DNA from: the human T2T-CHM13v2.0 reference genome, Homo sapiens
DNA length: 64,000 nt
NCBI RefSeq assembly: GCF_009914755.1
Contig: NC_060930.1
Strand: one strand, 5' to 3'
Below are positions 48,846 to 62,701 of this stretch, in pieces. The position numbers were made by a program, and so were the translations under genes. Below the pieces are notes generated by a model. It was not told the DNA's origin. It ran no database searches and saw nothing but the letters and a program-made list of their open reading frames with translations. The first letter of the stretch is position 1. The number at the start of each line of letters is the position of its first letter.

Positions 48846-51026
48846 TTTTTGTGTTAATTTGATAAGCATGGCTGCCAAATACTCTGTTTGCCTTTTTTTC
48901 TTTTTCTTTTTTTCCCTCCCTTGTTTCTTTGTGTTATGAACCAAATGATAACTTCCTCTTACAGATCCAGAGAGCTGTTCGTCTTTGAGTAGGAACATAC
49001 AGAAAAGACGTAAGGCATTTCTTTTCTCACATTTTAAAATAAAGAGCCTCAGCATTTCCAGAGTGAATTTTAAGGTTTATGGCTCTGAAAATTGCAAGTT
49101 AAAAAGCACATTAGCAATTATTTTTGAATTGCACTAGAAATTATGGACCAGTTCAAAACAGATTGCTGATGTTCTAAAGTGAACCACAGGTGCAACAAAA
49201 ATCTTCTGCAATAGAGATTTTTGTTATGATTTTATCCTTATCCTATATCCTTTTTTCCTGCAACATTACTGCATTTTCTTTTAAACAATGCTATTACAGA
49301 TAATTCCCAAAGATATAATGTAGTCTTCTGCTCAGAACAGGATAAAAATGGAAAATTCTAGGTTCTATTTCTGAGCTTTGCTCATAGCGGTTTAGTAGAA
49401 AGCTTAGTATCTGGGTCTCCCCATTACAAAAAATAAAGTTTAATTACTATTTATCCTGAAAGATACTTAATTATCAGTAGGAAAGGCTTGATGCTATTCA
49501 ATGATCCTCAGATCAAAGCAATTTAAACATGCATTATTTTAACAATATACAAGTATGAAAGCTAAGAAATTATCTAGTGCGAGGCTCATCACCCCCCTCT
49601 ATGATTTTTTTTTCTCAGAATTTATGGGTAACCTAGATTCTGAAGTGGAGATATACAAAGAACATCCATTTGAGGCAGAGGAAATTATTTCCTTTGCCTT
49701 TTGTTTTGTTTTCTGCATAAAAGGAATCACAGATATTTCCACATGAAAGGATTTATTTATCCAGGAATACTTTCGAACTTACACTATTTTTTGGGGGGCC
49801 CAAATCATTTAGAAGATTTTTATATGGGGGAGAAAACAATAACCACATTGTGACAGGATGGTAGAGTCATTGTCAGTAGCATTTAGTTAAAGGACAGTAC
49901 GATGGACAAGACATAGGCTTTAAAGTAGAAATAAAGTGCTTGCTTTGGTCCATAGTTATTGCTGGCTTAATTGGATATTTCATCATATACTGTGATGGAC
50001 TTTTGGTTATCATGTTTATGTGTCTTTTACCTATTTGAATCTTTACACAAATGAAAGGCTCTTTTTGAGAGTGGGTTTTTTTTTTTTTTAAAGGGGAAAT
50101 CATATTGGACTTGAGCACTATAATTGATTGTTTAGCTCATAAATATAGAAAATACAGGTACTATAAATAATGTTTTTACCTCTTGTTTTTGATCTCTTTT
50201 TCTTTCGTTTTCAGCCTTTCAGAGCTGAAGCATCCCATGTAATTGCTTTTACTTTCCCACATCTCAGTCATTCTGCTCTATCTTTTTCTGTTAGTGATTA
50301 TATTAGCTCAACAGTATTTAACTACAGTTTTCATGGTCAATTATTAATGAATGTTTCATTTTATCTGTGGTATTACTTTGCCAACAAAACTGCTGTGAAG
50401 TTAATTACTTGGCAGTTTTTTAAAGTATAAAATGGAAAGAAATGGCTTTTGCTGTTAAATTGTCATGCAGACCCACTTTTGTCATTACAGGATACAAGAG
50501 ATCCCTTTGATAACTGAGCCAAGCAGGTCAGCCACTCTCTATTGTTCAAATGGTTGATAAAATATGCACAAAACTGAAATCTGGTGGGGTCTGGAACCTG
50601 TGGCTTTGCAATTTGGAAGGCGTTTGATTATGTCCTTTGTAGATTGTTCATGTTCTTTGAACCTGTTTGAAAAAATGTTTATATTTCAACCTGCTGAGTT
50701 CCTAACATTTAAAAGAGAATAAGTGGCTTCCATAAATCCAGGCACCCCAGGCAGAAAAGGTTTGCCTCACAAACAATGGCTGAGAGAGACACCTGGCCTC
50801 AGGCACATCAAGAGGCTGTATTGTTAGGCCTGGGCATTGTGGAGAGTGGATGTTCAGGAAAAGGCAATTCCTAAAAGGTTACTGTACTAAAAGCCTTAAG
50901 ACTCTTATCTGTCTTGACTCATTTCAAACATTCTTCTTCACAAAAACATCAAGGCAATACCTTTAAGATTTTTAATTAGAAGTTGTTTGTGTGCTGTGAG
51001 GGAAAGCACAAGCATAATCTCCACCT

Positions 51027-51130
51027 TAGGGTGGCCAGATACAGTGAATAAAAGTACACAGCACTCAATAAAATGTGAATTTCAGAAAGTAAGTATGAAC
51101 CACATGTCCTGTATTTTATCTGGAAGCCTT
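51027..51130. mobile_element. Short hAT MITE (MER53-like)
   Basis: Imperfect TIRs tagggtggccagata ... tatctggaagcctta. Confidence 0.55.
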
Positions 51131-51384
51131 ACATTTTAGTTCTATTTCTTTTCATCCCACATAAAAGTTACATGTTTTGCTGTCACATATAATGAGTAAG
51201 GGGAGAATCCATGAACACAACATAAGTGAAATATGATTATGTTATTTTGTTAACACTTTAATTTGAGGTAGTTCTGAGAGTTTTTCTAAACATCTCAGTG
51301 CTGGTTTCCAATCTTGGGTACCTATCGGATTCTTATCTAGAGAACTAAGAAAACTCACTGACATATGCTCAAGGTGGTCTTAAT

Positions 51385-54300
51385 GATCCACTTAGTTTGT
51401 CTAGACTTTAGATACGTTTCTTAACTATAGGCCCTTGACCTCCCTTTTCTCTTTTCTTTTCTTTTCTTTCTTTCTTCTTTCTTTTTTTTTTTATTATACT
51501 TTAAATTCTGGGATACATGCGTATAACATGTAGGTTTGTTGCATAGGTATATATGTGTCATGGTGGTTTGCTGCACCCATCAACCCATCATCTAGGTTTT
51601 AAGCCCCACATCTATTAGGTATTTGTCCTAATGCTCTCCCTCCCATTGCCTCCTACCCCCTCAACAGGCCCCCCTGTGTGTGATGTTCCCCTTCCTGTGT
51701 CCATGTGTTCTCATTGTTCAACTCCCACTTATGAGTGAGAATATGCAGTGTTTGGTTTTCTGTTCCTGTGTCAGTATGCTGAGAATGATGGTTTCCAGCT
51801 TCATCCATATCCCTGCAAAGGACATGAATTCATTCTTTTTTATGGCTGTATATTATTCCATTGTGTATATGTGCCACATTTTTTTTTTATCCAGTCTATC
51901 ATTGATGGATATTTGGGTTGGTTCCAAGTCTTTGCTATTGTGAATAGTGCTGCAATAAACATACGTGTGCATACGTCTTTATAGTAGAATGATTTATAAT
52001 CCTTTGGGTATATACCCAGTAATGGGATTGCTAGGTCAAATGGTATTTCTGGTCCTAGATCCTTGAGGAATTGCCACACTGTCTTCCACTATGGTTGAAC
52101 TAATTTACACTCCCACCAACAGTGTAAAAGCCTTCCTATTTCTCCATATCCTCTCTAGCATCTGTTGTTTCTTGACTTTTTAATGATCACCATTCTAACT
52201 GCTGTGAGATGGTATCTCATTGTGGTTTTGATTTGCATTTCTCTAATGACCAGTGATGAGCTTTTTTTCATATGTTTGTTGGCCACATAACTGTTTTCTT
52301 TTGAGAAGTCTGTTCATATCCTTCACCCACTTTTTGATGGGGTTGTTTTTTTTTCTTGTATATTTGTTTAAGTTCTTTGTAGATTCTGAATATTAGACCT
52401 TTGTCGGATGGATACGTTGCAAAAATTTTCTCCCATTCTCTGGATTGCCTGTTCACTCTGATGATAGTTTCTTTTGCTGTGCAGAAGCTTTTTAGTTTAA
52501 TTAGACACCGTTTGTCAATTTTGGCCTTTGTTGCAATTGCTTTTGGTGTTTTAGTCATGAAGTCTTTGCCCATGCCTATGTCCTGAATGGTATTGCCTAG
52601 GTTTTCTTCTAGGGTTTTTATGGTTTTAGGTTTTACATTTAAGTCTTTAATCCATCTTAAGTTAATTTTTGTATAAGGTGTGAGGAAGGGGTCCAGTTTC
52701 AGTTTTCTGCATATGGCTAGCCAGTTTTACCAGCACCATTTATTAAATGGGGAATCCTTTCCCCATTTCTTGTTTTTGTCAGATTTGTTGAAGACCAGAT
52801 GGTTGTATATGTGGGGTGTTATTTCTGAGGACTTTATTCTGTTACATTGGTCTATATATCCGTTTTTGTTTCAGTACCATGCTGTTTTGGTTACTGTAGC
52901 CTTGTAGTATACTTTGAAGTCAGGTAGTGTGATGCCTCCAGCTTTGTTCTTTTTGCTTAGGATTGTCTTGACTATATGGGCTCTTTTCTGGTTCCATATG
53001 AAATTTAAAGTAGTTTTTTCTAATTCTGTGAAGAAAGTCAATGGTAGCTTGATGGAAATAACATTGAATCTATAAATTATTTTGGGCAGTATAGCCATGT
53101 TCATGATATTGATTCTTCCTATCCATGAGCATGGAATGTTTTTCCATTTGTTTGTGTCCTCTCTTATTTCCTTGAGCAGTGGTTTATAGTTCTCCTTGAA
53201 GAGGTACTTCATGTCCCTTGTAAGTTGTATTCCTAGGTATTTTATTCTCTTTGTAGCAATTGTGAATGGGAGTTCACTCATGATTTGGCTGTCTGTCTGT
53301 TGTTGGTGTACAGGAATGCTTGTGATTTTTGCACATTGATTTGCATATCCTGAGACTTTGCTGAATTTGCTTATAATCTTAAGGAGTTTTTGGGCTGAGA
53401 CAATGGGGTTTTCTAAATATACAATCATGTCATCTGTAAACAGAGACAATTTGACTTCCTCTCTTCCTATTTGAATACACTTTATTTCTTTCTCTTGCCT
53501 AATTGCCCTTGCCAGAACTTCTAATACTCTGTTGAATAAGAGTGGTGAGAGAGGGCATCCTTGTCTTGTGACAGTTTTCAAAGGGAATGCTTCCAGCTTT
53601 TGCCCATTCAGTATGATATTGGCTGTGGGTTTGTCATAAATAGCTCTTGTTGTTTTGAGACATATTCCTTCAATACCTAGTTTATTGAGTGTTTTTATCA
53701 TGAAGCCATGTTAAATTTTATCAAAGGCCTTTTCTGCATCTGTTGAGATAATCATGTGGTTTTTGTCATTGATTCTGTTTATGTGATGGATTAAGTTTAT
53801 TGATTTGGGTATGTAGAGCTAACTATCCTAAATATATATGCACCCAGTACGGGAGTACCCAGATTCATAAAACAAGTTCTTAGAGACCTACAAAGAGACT
53901 TATGCTCCCACACAATAATACAGTGAGACTTTAACACCCCACTGTCAATATTAGACAGATCAATGAGACAGAAAATTAATAGGAATATTCAGGACTTGAA
54001 CTCTGCTCTCGTCCAAGTGGACCTAGTAGACATCTACAGAACTCTCCACTCCAAATCAACAGAATGTACATTCTTCCGAGCGCCACATAGCACTTATTCT
54101 AAAATCAACCACATAATTGGAAGTAAAACACTCCTCATCAAATGCGAAAGAATGGAAATCATAACAGTCTCTCAGACCACAGTGCAATCAAATTAGAACT
54201 CAGGATTAAGAAACTCACTCAAAACCACACAACTGCATGGAAACTGAACAACCTGCTCCTGAATGACTACTAGGTAAATAACGAAATTAAGTTAGAAATA

Positions 54301-55605
54301 ACAAAGTTTTTTGAAACCAATGAGAACAAAGAGACAATGTACCAGAATCTCTGGGACACAGCTAAAGCAGTGTTAGGAGGCAAATTTATAGCACTAAAAT
54401 GCCCATATCAGAAAGCTGGAAACATCTAAAATGGACATCCTAACATCACAATTAAAAGAACAAGAGAAGTAAGAGCAAACAAACTTAAAAGCTAGCAGAA
54501 GACAAAAAGTAACTAAGATCAGAACTGAAGGAGATAGAGATACCAAAAACCCTTCAAAAAATAAATCATTGAATCCAGGAGCTGGCTTTTTGAAAAGGTT
54601 AACAAAGTAGATTGACCACTAGCCAGACTAATAAAGAAGAAAATAGAGAAGAATCAAATAGACACAATAAAAAATGATAAAGTGAAGATTACCACTGATC
54701 CCGCAATAATATAAACTACCATCAGATAATACTATAAACACCTCTATGCAAATAAACTAGAAAATCTAGAAGAAATGGATAAATTCCTGGACACCTACAC
54801 CCTCCCAAGACTAAACCAGGAAGAAGTTGAATTCCTGAATAGACCAATAGCAAGGTCTGAAATTGAGGCAGTAATTAATAGCCTACCAACCAGAAAAAGC
54901 CCAGGACCAGACAAATTCACAGCTGAATTTTACAAAGAAGAGCTGGTACCATTCCTTCTGAAACTATTCCAAACAATAGAAAAAGAGCGACTCCTCCCTA
55001 AGTCATTTTATGAGGCCAGCATCATCCTGATACCAAAACCTGGCAGAGCCACAACAACAAAAGAAAATTTCAGGCCAATATTCCTGATGAACATTGATGT
55101 GAAGATCCTGAATAAAATACTGGCAAACCAAATCCAGCAGCATATCAAAAAGCTTATCCACCATGATCAAGTTGGCTTCATCCCTGGGACCTCCCTTTTT
55201 TTTTTTTTTTTTTTTTTAAATAACATTTACTTTAAAGTTACAACTGTAAATTCTTCCTCCCTTCCTTTGAGATATAAATATTTTTCCAGCCTCTTGACAT
55301 TTTTTACCACCCACTGATGTCTTTCTCAAGGACCTGAGGCCATCCTTTTGAAATGTAGTAAAGGAAGATAGTGTCACTATTTTCCAGTCTCTGTGAGCGG
55401 TAGGAGCCTAACTTCAATAGGAGACAATTAGCAAACACAGATGACCTAATCACATTGGCAATCATTCTGCTAAGAAGCTAGCTCACCCCAGTGCTTAAAG
55501 GCTCTTCTACCTTTTATTTCAGTAGAAGTCTTCCTCCCCTACTACAGTAGCCTGAATAAACTCATCTTACTATTTTTAACAAGTGTCCAGTGCATTTTTA
55601 CTTAG
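51385..55605 (+). mobile_element. ERV1 LTR (MER67-like) split by the L1 insertion (pieces ~51385-51448 and ~55188-55605); probably nested in a MER5A-like element (~51297 and ~55640-55683)
   Basis: Rejoined: actataggcccttgacctccctttt...catttacttt...tttctcaaggacctg...gtaggagcctaacttc...gaataaa. Confidence 0.6.
51449..55187 (-). mobile_element. 5'-inverted (twin-primed) LINE-1, L1PA7-like: minus segment 51449-53814, inverted plus segment 53815-55187
   Basis: T-rich tail at left; ORF2 remnants on - (52871, 52268) and + (53963, 54775); TSD gacctccctttt at 51437-51448 and 55188-55199. Confidence 0.93.
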
Positions 55606-55817
55606 ATAGGACAAAGCCTACGCCTTGGACTTTACCAAGTCCCCTGGGTGATTCTAATACTGACCCAAGTTTGAGAACCCCTTTAGCTTTTGTAGTATTT
55701 TTCAAAACACCACAGTAATAAGTCTTGAAATTTATTTGTGGTTATAAGACAAATTTGTAATGCCGGAGAAATACTCCCTTACTTCAATGGCATTTTTTAA
55801 AATTAAAAAAAAAAAAG

Positions 55818-56120
55818 GGCCAGGTGTGGTGCCACCTGTAATCTCAGCACATTGGAAAGCTGAGGTGGGAGGATTGCTTGAGGACAGGAATTCAAGATCA
55901 GCCTGGGCAACACAGGGAGACAGCCATCTCTACAAAAAAAAAAAAAATTTAGCTGGATGTGGTGATGTGCACTTGTAGTCCCAGCAACTTGGGAGGCCGA
56001 GGTGGGAGGATAGCTTGAGCCCAGGTGTTTGGGGTTACAATAAGCCATAATTGTGCCACTGCATTCCAGCCTGGGAAATAGAATAAGACCCTGTCTCTTA
56101 AGAAATGATAATAATAACAA
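55818..56120 (+). mobile_element. Alu (J-type)
   Basis: Diverged dimer, ggaggatagcttgagcccagg, (AAT)n tail. Confidence 0.9.
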
Positions 56121-56729
56121 ATGTTAAATAAAATAGTTATTACTCACTTTGTCTTTTTCTTTAACTCAATCTAGCCATAATTCTTAACTTTAACCAATTG
56201 GATATTCTTGGTTCCTAAGGAATGTGGCCTAGGTCTCTCAGTGAGAGTGGCTTAGCATGGCACTTACTGTAAGTAGACAGAGAAATGGGATTCAGTGAAG
56301 AGGAGAGGTATGGAGTGTGTTAAAGCCCCTTGGGTGGTTCTGCTTTTCCAATCCACCTCCTCACTGAGAAAACTTGCTCGTGACGTTCTTGGGTTGTCCC
56401 TTGGTTTGTCTGGGTAAGTTGCTCAGAAAGGAGATAATGTCCTACTCATTTGTTTTCTCACTTCCTAGCACAGTGCCTGGCAATAAGTTAAAGCTTAATA
56501 AAGTATTCTTTTTTTCTCTAGTCTTTTGTAGGATTTTTCCCACCTTCTCAGTGTGTATCCTAAGCCATCTTCTTCTTCTTCTTTTTTTTTTTTGGCCTGG
56601 CATGGTATTAAAATTAATTTAACTTTGCATGTAAAATTTTTCTGTGGGACTAGAACATTCCAAATTAGAATAGGAACGAAATTAGTAACTTTGTATTTTA
56701 TTTCTCTAGCAAAAGAATTACCAATTTTT

Positions 56730-58850
56730 ATGGGTAAAAGCTGGAAGCATTCCTCTTGAACACAAGAACAAGACAAGGGCCCTTTCTCACCAGTCCTATT
56801 TAACATAGTAGCGGAAATCCTGGCCAGAGCAATCAGTCAAGAGAAAGAAATAAAAGGCATCCAAATAGCAAGAGAGGAAGTCAAACTATCACTGTTTGCA
56901 GATAGTAAGTTTCTACACATAGGAAACCCCATAGTCTCTGCCTAAAATCTCCTTAATCTGTTAAACAACTTCAGCAAAGTTTCAAGATACAAAATCAATG
57001 TACACACATCAGTAGTATTCCTATATACCAACAACAACCAAGCTGAAAGCCAAATCAAGAATGCAATCCTATTCACAGTAGCCACAAAAAGAATAAAATA
57101 CCTAGGAATACAGCTAACGAGGGAAGTCAAAGATCTCTACAGTGAGAATTACAAAACACTGTTGAAAGAAATCGGAGGTGACACAAGCAAATGGAAAACA
57201 TTTCCATGCTCATAGATAGGAAAAATCAATACGGTTAAATTGGCCATACTGCCCAAAGCAATGAGCAGATTCAGTGCTATTCCTATCAAACTACCAATGA
57301 CATTCCTTGCAGAATGATAAAAAACTATTTTTAAATTCATATGGAACAAAAAAAGAGCTCAAATAGCCAAGGCAACTCTCAGCAAAAAGAACAAAGCTGG
57401 AGGCATAATCTTACCTGACTGCAAACTATAGTACAAGGCTACAGTAACCCAAACAGCATGCTACTGTCACAAAAACAGACACATAGACAAATGGAACAGA
57501 ATAGATAGCCCAGAAATAATGCTGCACACCTACAACCATGTGATCTTTGACAAAGTCAACAAAAACAAGCAATGGGGAAAGGACTCCGTATTTAATAAAT
57601 GGTGCTGTGCTAACTGGCTCACCATATGCACAAGATTGAAACTGGACCTCTTCCTTATACCATATACAAAAATCAACTCAAGATGGATTAAAGACTTCAA
57701 TATAAAACCTCAAACTATAAAAACCCTAGAAGATAACCTAGGAAATCTCATTCTAGAAATAGGACCTGACAAAATTTTCATGACAGAGTCATCAAAAGCA
57801 ATTGCAACAAAAATGAAGATTCACACATGGGACTTAATTAAACTGAAGAGCTGCTGCACAGCAAAAGAAACTATCAACAGAGTAAACAGACAACCATAGA
57901 ATGGGAGAAAATATTTGCAATCTATGCATCCAACAAAGGTCTAGTATCCAGAATCTATGATGAACATAAACAAATCTGCAAGCAGAAACAAACAACCCCA
58001 TTAAAAAATGGGCAAAAAATATGAACAGATACTTTTCAAAAGAAGATGTATATGTGGCCAACAAACATATGAAAAAATGTTCAACGTCACTAATCATTAG
58101 AGAAATCCAAATGAAAACCACAATGAGTTACCATCTAACATTTCAGAATGGCTATTATTAAAAAGTCAAAAAATAACAGATGCTTATGAAGTGGAAAAAA
58201 GTGGAGATAAGAGAATGCTTATACACTGCTGGTGGGAATGTAAGTTAGTTCAGCCCTTGTGGACAGCTATTTGGCTTTCTCAAAGAATTCCTCAAAGAAT
58301 TCAAAGCAGAATTACCATTTGACCAAGCAATCCCATTATTGGGTATGTACCTAAAGAAATATAAATTGTTCCACCATAAAGACGCATGCACATGTATATT
58401 CATCACAGCAGTATTCACAATAGCAAAAACATGGAATTAACCTAAATGTCCATCAACAGTAGACTGGATAAAGAAAATGTGGTACATATACACCAAGGAA
58501 TACTACATAGCCATAAAAAACAATGAGATCATATCCTTTGCAGCAACATGGATAGAGTTGGAGGCCATTATTCTAAGTGAATATGGGAACAGAAAACCAA
58601 ATATTACCTGTTCTGACTTATAAATAGGAGCTAAACATTCAGTACATATGGACACAAAAGAGATAACAACAGACATCAGGACCTACATAAGGTTGGAGGG
58701 AGGAAAGAGGGTAAGGATTGAAAAACTACCTATTGGGTACTATGTCTGTTACCTGGGTGGCAAAATAATCTGTACACCAAACCCTTTTGACACGCAGTTT
58801 ACCTGCACATGTACTCCTAAACCTAAAAGAAAAGGAAAAAAAAAGTTGGA
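56730..58850 (+). mobile_element. 5'-truncated LINE-1 (L1PA13-15-like)
   Basis: ORF2 remnant ([18 protein letters not shown] 57519); 3' UTR gaaaaactacctattgggtactatg; degenerate TSD ending accaatt. Confidence 0.9.
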
Positions 58851-59019
58851 GACAAAAAAACTCACCAATTCTAAATCACTTAATACATTTAAAAATTAGT
58901 CATAAAATCTAAGTACGTATTTCCAGTTGAGGAAAGAAAGGCAGAATACCTCAGTTGCTCCATGTCAGAGAGTCAAGTTGTGCTGAGTTAAGACTTGACC
59001 TCTGTCTCATTATTGTCCT

Positions 59020-59100
59020 AAGTTATTCATTCATTAAACAGTTACTGAGAGCCTTTTATGTGCCACGTACTATATTAGCTACTGGAGATACAAAAGCAAA
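59020..59100 (-). mobile_element. L2 3' end remnant
   Basis: ttattcattcattaaacagttactgagagccttttatgtgcca. Confidence 0.6.
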
Positions 59101-59244
59101 TATTTTAAATAATCAAAAGGATCATAATCTAATTTAAAGAGAATGTATTCAAGTGCACAGTTTGAGGGTAGCCCTCCTAGAAACACTAACTTTAAGGAAT
59201 GGAGTCAGCCTTTGGAAGTAGAGAAGTTTCATTTATACTTCCTT

Positions 59245-59415
59245 GTCACAGGGGGCTGTTCTGCACAATGCAGGATGTTTAGTAGCGTCCCTGACCAAAT
59301 GCTAGTAGCACCCACCAGATGCCAGTAGCATTCTCCAATTTTAACAAACAAAAATGTCCCCAGACATGGCCAGATGTCCTCTGTGGGGTAAAATCACCCC
59401 AAGTTGAGAACCAAT
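59245..59415. mobile_element. MER20 (hAT-Charlie) partial
   Basis: caggatgtttagtagcgtccctg...aaaaatgtccccagacatggccagatgtcc...gttgagaacca. Confidence 0.8.
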
Positions 59416-60524
59416 ATACTAGAAGAAATATTTAGATTTGCCTCACTGAGGTGAAATCATACAGAATCATTATATTTTAGGTTTTATTTAAATACTCTAC
59501 GTGTTAAGGACTATATATTTAAAATGACCAATAAATAATGAGCTTTGAATACAAGAAAAGAAAGCAAGCATACTAATAATTTTAAAGAATATTATCTGCT
59601 TATTGAACAATTCAGAAGGACACATCTGTGTTTATTTAGTCACTATGAAATTTATGGATGGATTGCATGACAGCAATACAACCTTTCTTGGCAAATTGTC
59701 ATTATCCTTTCATCTGGGTCTGTATATCACATAGGCGTCAGGCCTATGGAGATTAAGATTTGATTAAAAAGCTCTGTGTGTGCATAAGTACATGATACTT
59801 ACTAACAAATTCTTTTAAAAAACTTTATAACAAAGTCTATGTTTAAAAATAACAACACAAATCTTTATAAATCATTCAAATAAAGTTGCATGCATTTCTA
59901 GCTGAACATAACAGAAACATCTTGACACAGTTTCTTTTTCTCTAGAGAAATTCCAGGTATGGAGTTTCCTAGACTGAGTTATGAATCCTGCAAGATTGTT
60001 ACAGCTCTCCAATAACTCATTTTCTGAATTTCCTTCCCCCTTTAGTAGAGGCACTTCTTCCTTTTAGGTATATAGCATACTTAGGCTTTCTTGTGGCATA
60101 CATTCCCCTACACCCTACCCTAGTAGGGTAGGTAAGTCTCTGATTCCTGTGATAGATGCTATTTTCCTGCTTGACTTTGAATCAGCCTCAGTAAACCAAG
60201 CACGTGCACATTAATTTGAATTATCACAAGAAAGACTCCATACCTCTCTTCCCTACCTTGATTTCATACATCATCGACCACGTAAGGAGATGGAGGAGGG
60301 AAGGGTAAGGGGTTCACTGCAATTAAGTGTTGATAGTTTCTTTTGAGCACTTTCTTTGGATTTATTGAGGTTGAGCCTATTAACCCAAACAAGGAAAAAA
60401 AGTGACTAATTATCTTTAATTTTGGAATTGGATGTAAACTCTACTGTTGAAAAATACATTTAATAACACTTCCTCTTAACCTATGTGAATTTGAAAAGAA
60501 GTTACTTCTTGTGCTCTAGGAACT

Positions 60525-60948
60525 TGCTATGGTTTGGATGTTTGTCTCCCCAGATCTCATGTTGAAACTTGATCCCCAGTGTTGGAGGTGAGACCTAATG
60601 GGAGGTGCTTGAGTGATTCTTGGGTGTAGATCTCTCATGAATTGTTTGGTCCCATCCTCATGGTAATGAGTGAGTTCTTGCACCATTAGCTCCTATGAGA
60701 ACTGGTTGTTTAAAAAACCTAGCATCTCCCTGCCCTCCTCCCTTGCTGCTTCTCTCACCATGTGATTTCTGCACATGCCCTTTGTTTCCCACCTTGAGTG
60801 GAAGACACCTAAAGCCCTTACTGGGAGCAGATACTAGTACCATACTTGTTTTACAGCCTGCAGAACCATGAGCCAAATAAACCTCTTTTCTTTATAAGTT
60901 ACTCAGCCTCAGGTTATTCCTTTATAGTAACACAAATAGGCTAAGACA
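60525..60948 (+). mobile_element. MaLR solo LTR (MSTB-like), complete, with 5-bp TSD
   Basis: tgctatggtttggatg ... aataaacctc ... ctaagaca; TSD gaact at 60520-60524 and 60949-60953. Confidence 0.92.
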
Positions 60949-62701
60949 GAACTAGAACCTAAACTCTGTTTCCAAAACGTGTGCGCAAGTTTGAATAAAA
61001 TCAAGTAAGTGTTAGAAAAAGATTCTTATTGCGTTTGCATGAATGTGTACACATATGCCTGTGTATATCTACAATCTACACACACATGTGTGTCCACTTA
61101 TATGTAGGAAACGGTCAATATTTTTTGACAAATTTATATTTTAGGCATTTACATGGTGGTGGTTTCTCTACATGCATATATGAATAATTACACTCTAACT
61201 CACTTCAGTAATTTTATAATTTGCCTCATAGCAAAATACCTCTTGCCATTTTAAAGAAATTACTGTGGCCTTTTAAAAAAGAATATAAGGGAAATAATGA
61301 CTTTTTTTTCTGTATTTTATACCCATACCACATCCAAAAGCTTTAGGATTCAAACACAAAGTAGCAAGCATTTACGTAGAAAGCAAATCCAAAGAAAAGA
61401 GGATTTATATGAGACCAACTAACCAAGCAGGGATTGAATTCCAAATTCAGAGGAAAAAAGGTTTATTAAAATATGTCAGCTCATCAATTTCTAGATTATG
61501 CTTTTGAAATAGCCAGTGGCCCTCTTTCATGTGATTTCAGATAGTAGTTCATTTTCTTTCAGGTAATAGGATTGAATAAATAGAGAAGGAAGTATTTCTA
61601 CCTATTTAATCCCTTGATGCTGGCATATATCAGCCTGTTACATAACTATGCTTCCATTTATAGTTTAAGTATTTTTTTGTTACATTTAAATTATAAGAAT
61701 GATTTCAGTCCATGGCCATTTAAAGTGGATCCAAGCTGAGATCAAATTGAGAATAAGCCTCTTACTGTTTGCTGAGCTAGTGGTCTGGTGACCTATAAGA
61801 ACACCTGTCAGCATACCTTGTTATGAATAAGATATTTTGTTCTAGGTTAAGGCAGAATTTTTAATTGCAGAAGTACCTGCAGGTGGTGTGTGGCAAATAA
61901 CAATGGAGAGAGCAAAATGGCTACAGCCTATTTGGATTTTTGAGCCTCGATAGAATGATGGAGGGGAAAAAGCTGAAGGAGCTGCTTTCATGAGAAATGC
62001 CATGATGCTTGTGGAATGAGCTGGGCTGCTTCAAGGACAATGACAGAGGACTGCATAGAGTATGTGAGGGGGTCATTTTTCCAACCTCAGATAACAATTG
62101 GCATAGACTACTATTCCAAGACTGTCTTCTTTGGGAACATGGAGGTGGCACCTTAACATGGGCCCAGGCATTTCATGGAAGTTATGGGAGGGTATGGCTG
62201 TGATTGGCAGTTTTCCTGCAGGAAGGCAACCCTCAGAGGGAGAAGTTGGAAGCAGATAACATAGCAGATTTATTCTTCCCCTGTGGGACACTTCCAGAAA
62301 TACCTGGGCAAGGGACCCTTCCAGAGATTGGAGTCCTTCCTCCATGAGCAAAAAGACAGTGAACCACTGAATATTGGATATCTGCTGATGCACCTTCCTC
62401 TCTTTCCACAGGCTGGTGACATCTAGAGACATCCAAGTTATCTTGAAACTCTATAGATAATGGAGTTTCAAAATTACTGTGATGGCCTTTTTTAAATGAA
62501 GGGTGCATTGAATTACAAACAAATAAAAAATACGAACAACACCTGAGTGATGTTCACAAATACAGTTTTGTTTTCACAGTCTGGACTCATTATACAACTG
62601 CTGAATTATTTTTGTGCATACAAATGACCTTAATAATTTGATGAGGATGAGGGAGAAAATGTAGTTCAGAAACAATTGGTCACGATTCTGAAAATACAGC
62701 C

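Noticed and set aside
49600-49760. Strong acceptor ttttttttctcag followed by an acidic open frame (EFMGNLDSEVEIYKEHPFEAEE)
   Set aside because: No recognisable protein similarity and no convincing donor; insufficient to call an exon.
58279-58302. 12-bp tandem duplication in L1 (similar small duplications at ~6138, ~36466, ~37385)
   Set aside because: Ordinary slippage duplications with no further structure.
60114-60132. 9-bp inverted repeat cctacccta-g-tagggtagg
   Set aside because: Short, isolated and not at an evident breakpoint; plausible by chance in 64 kb.
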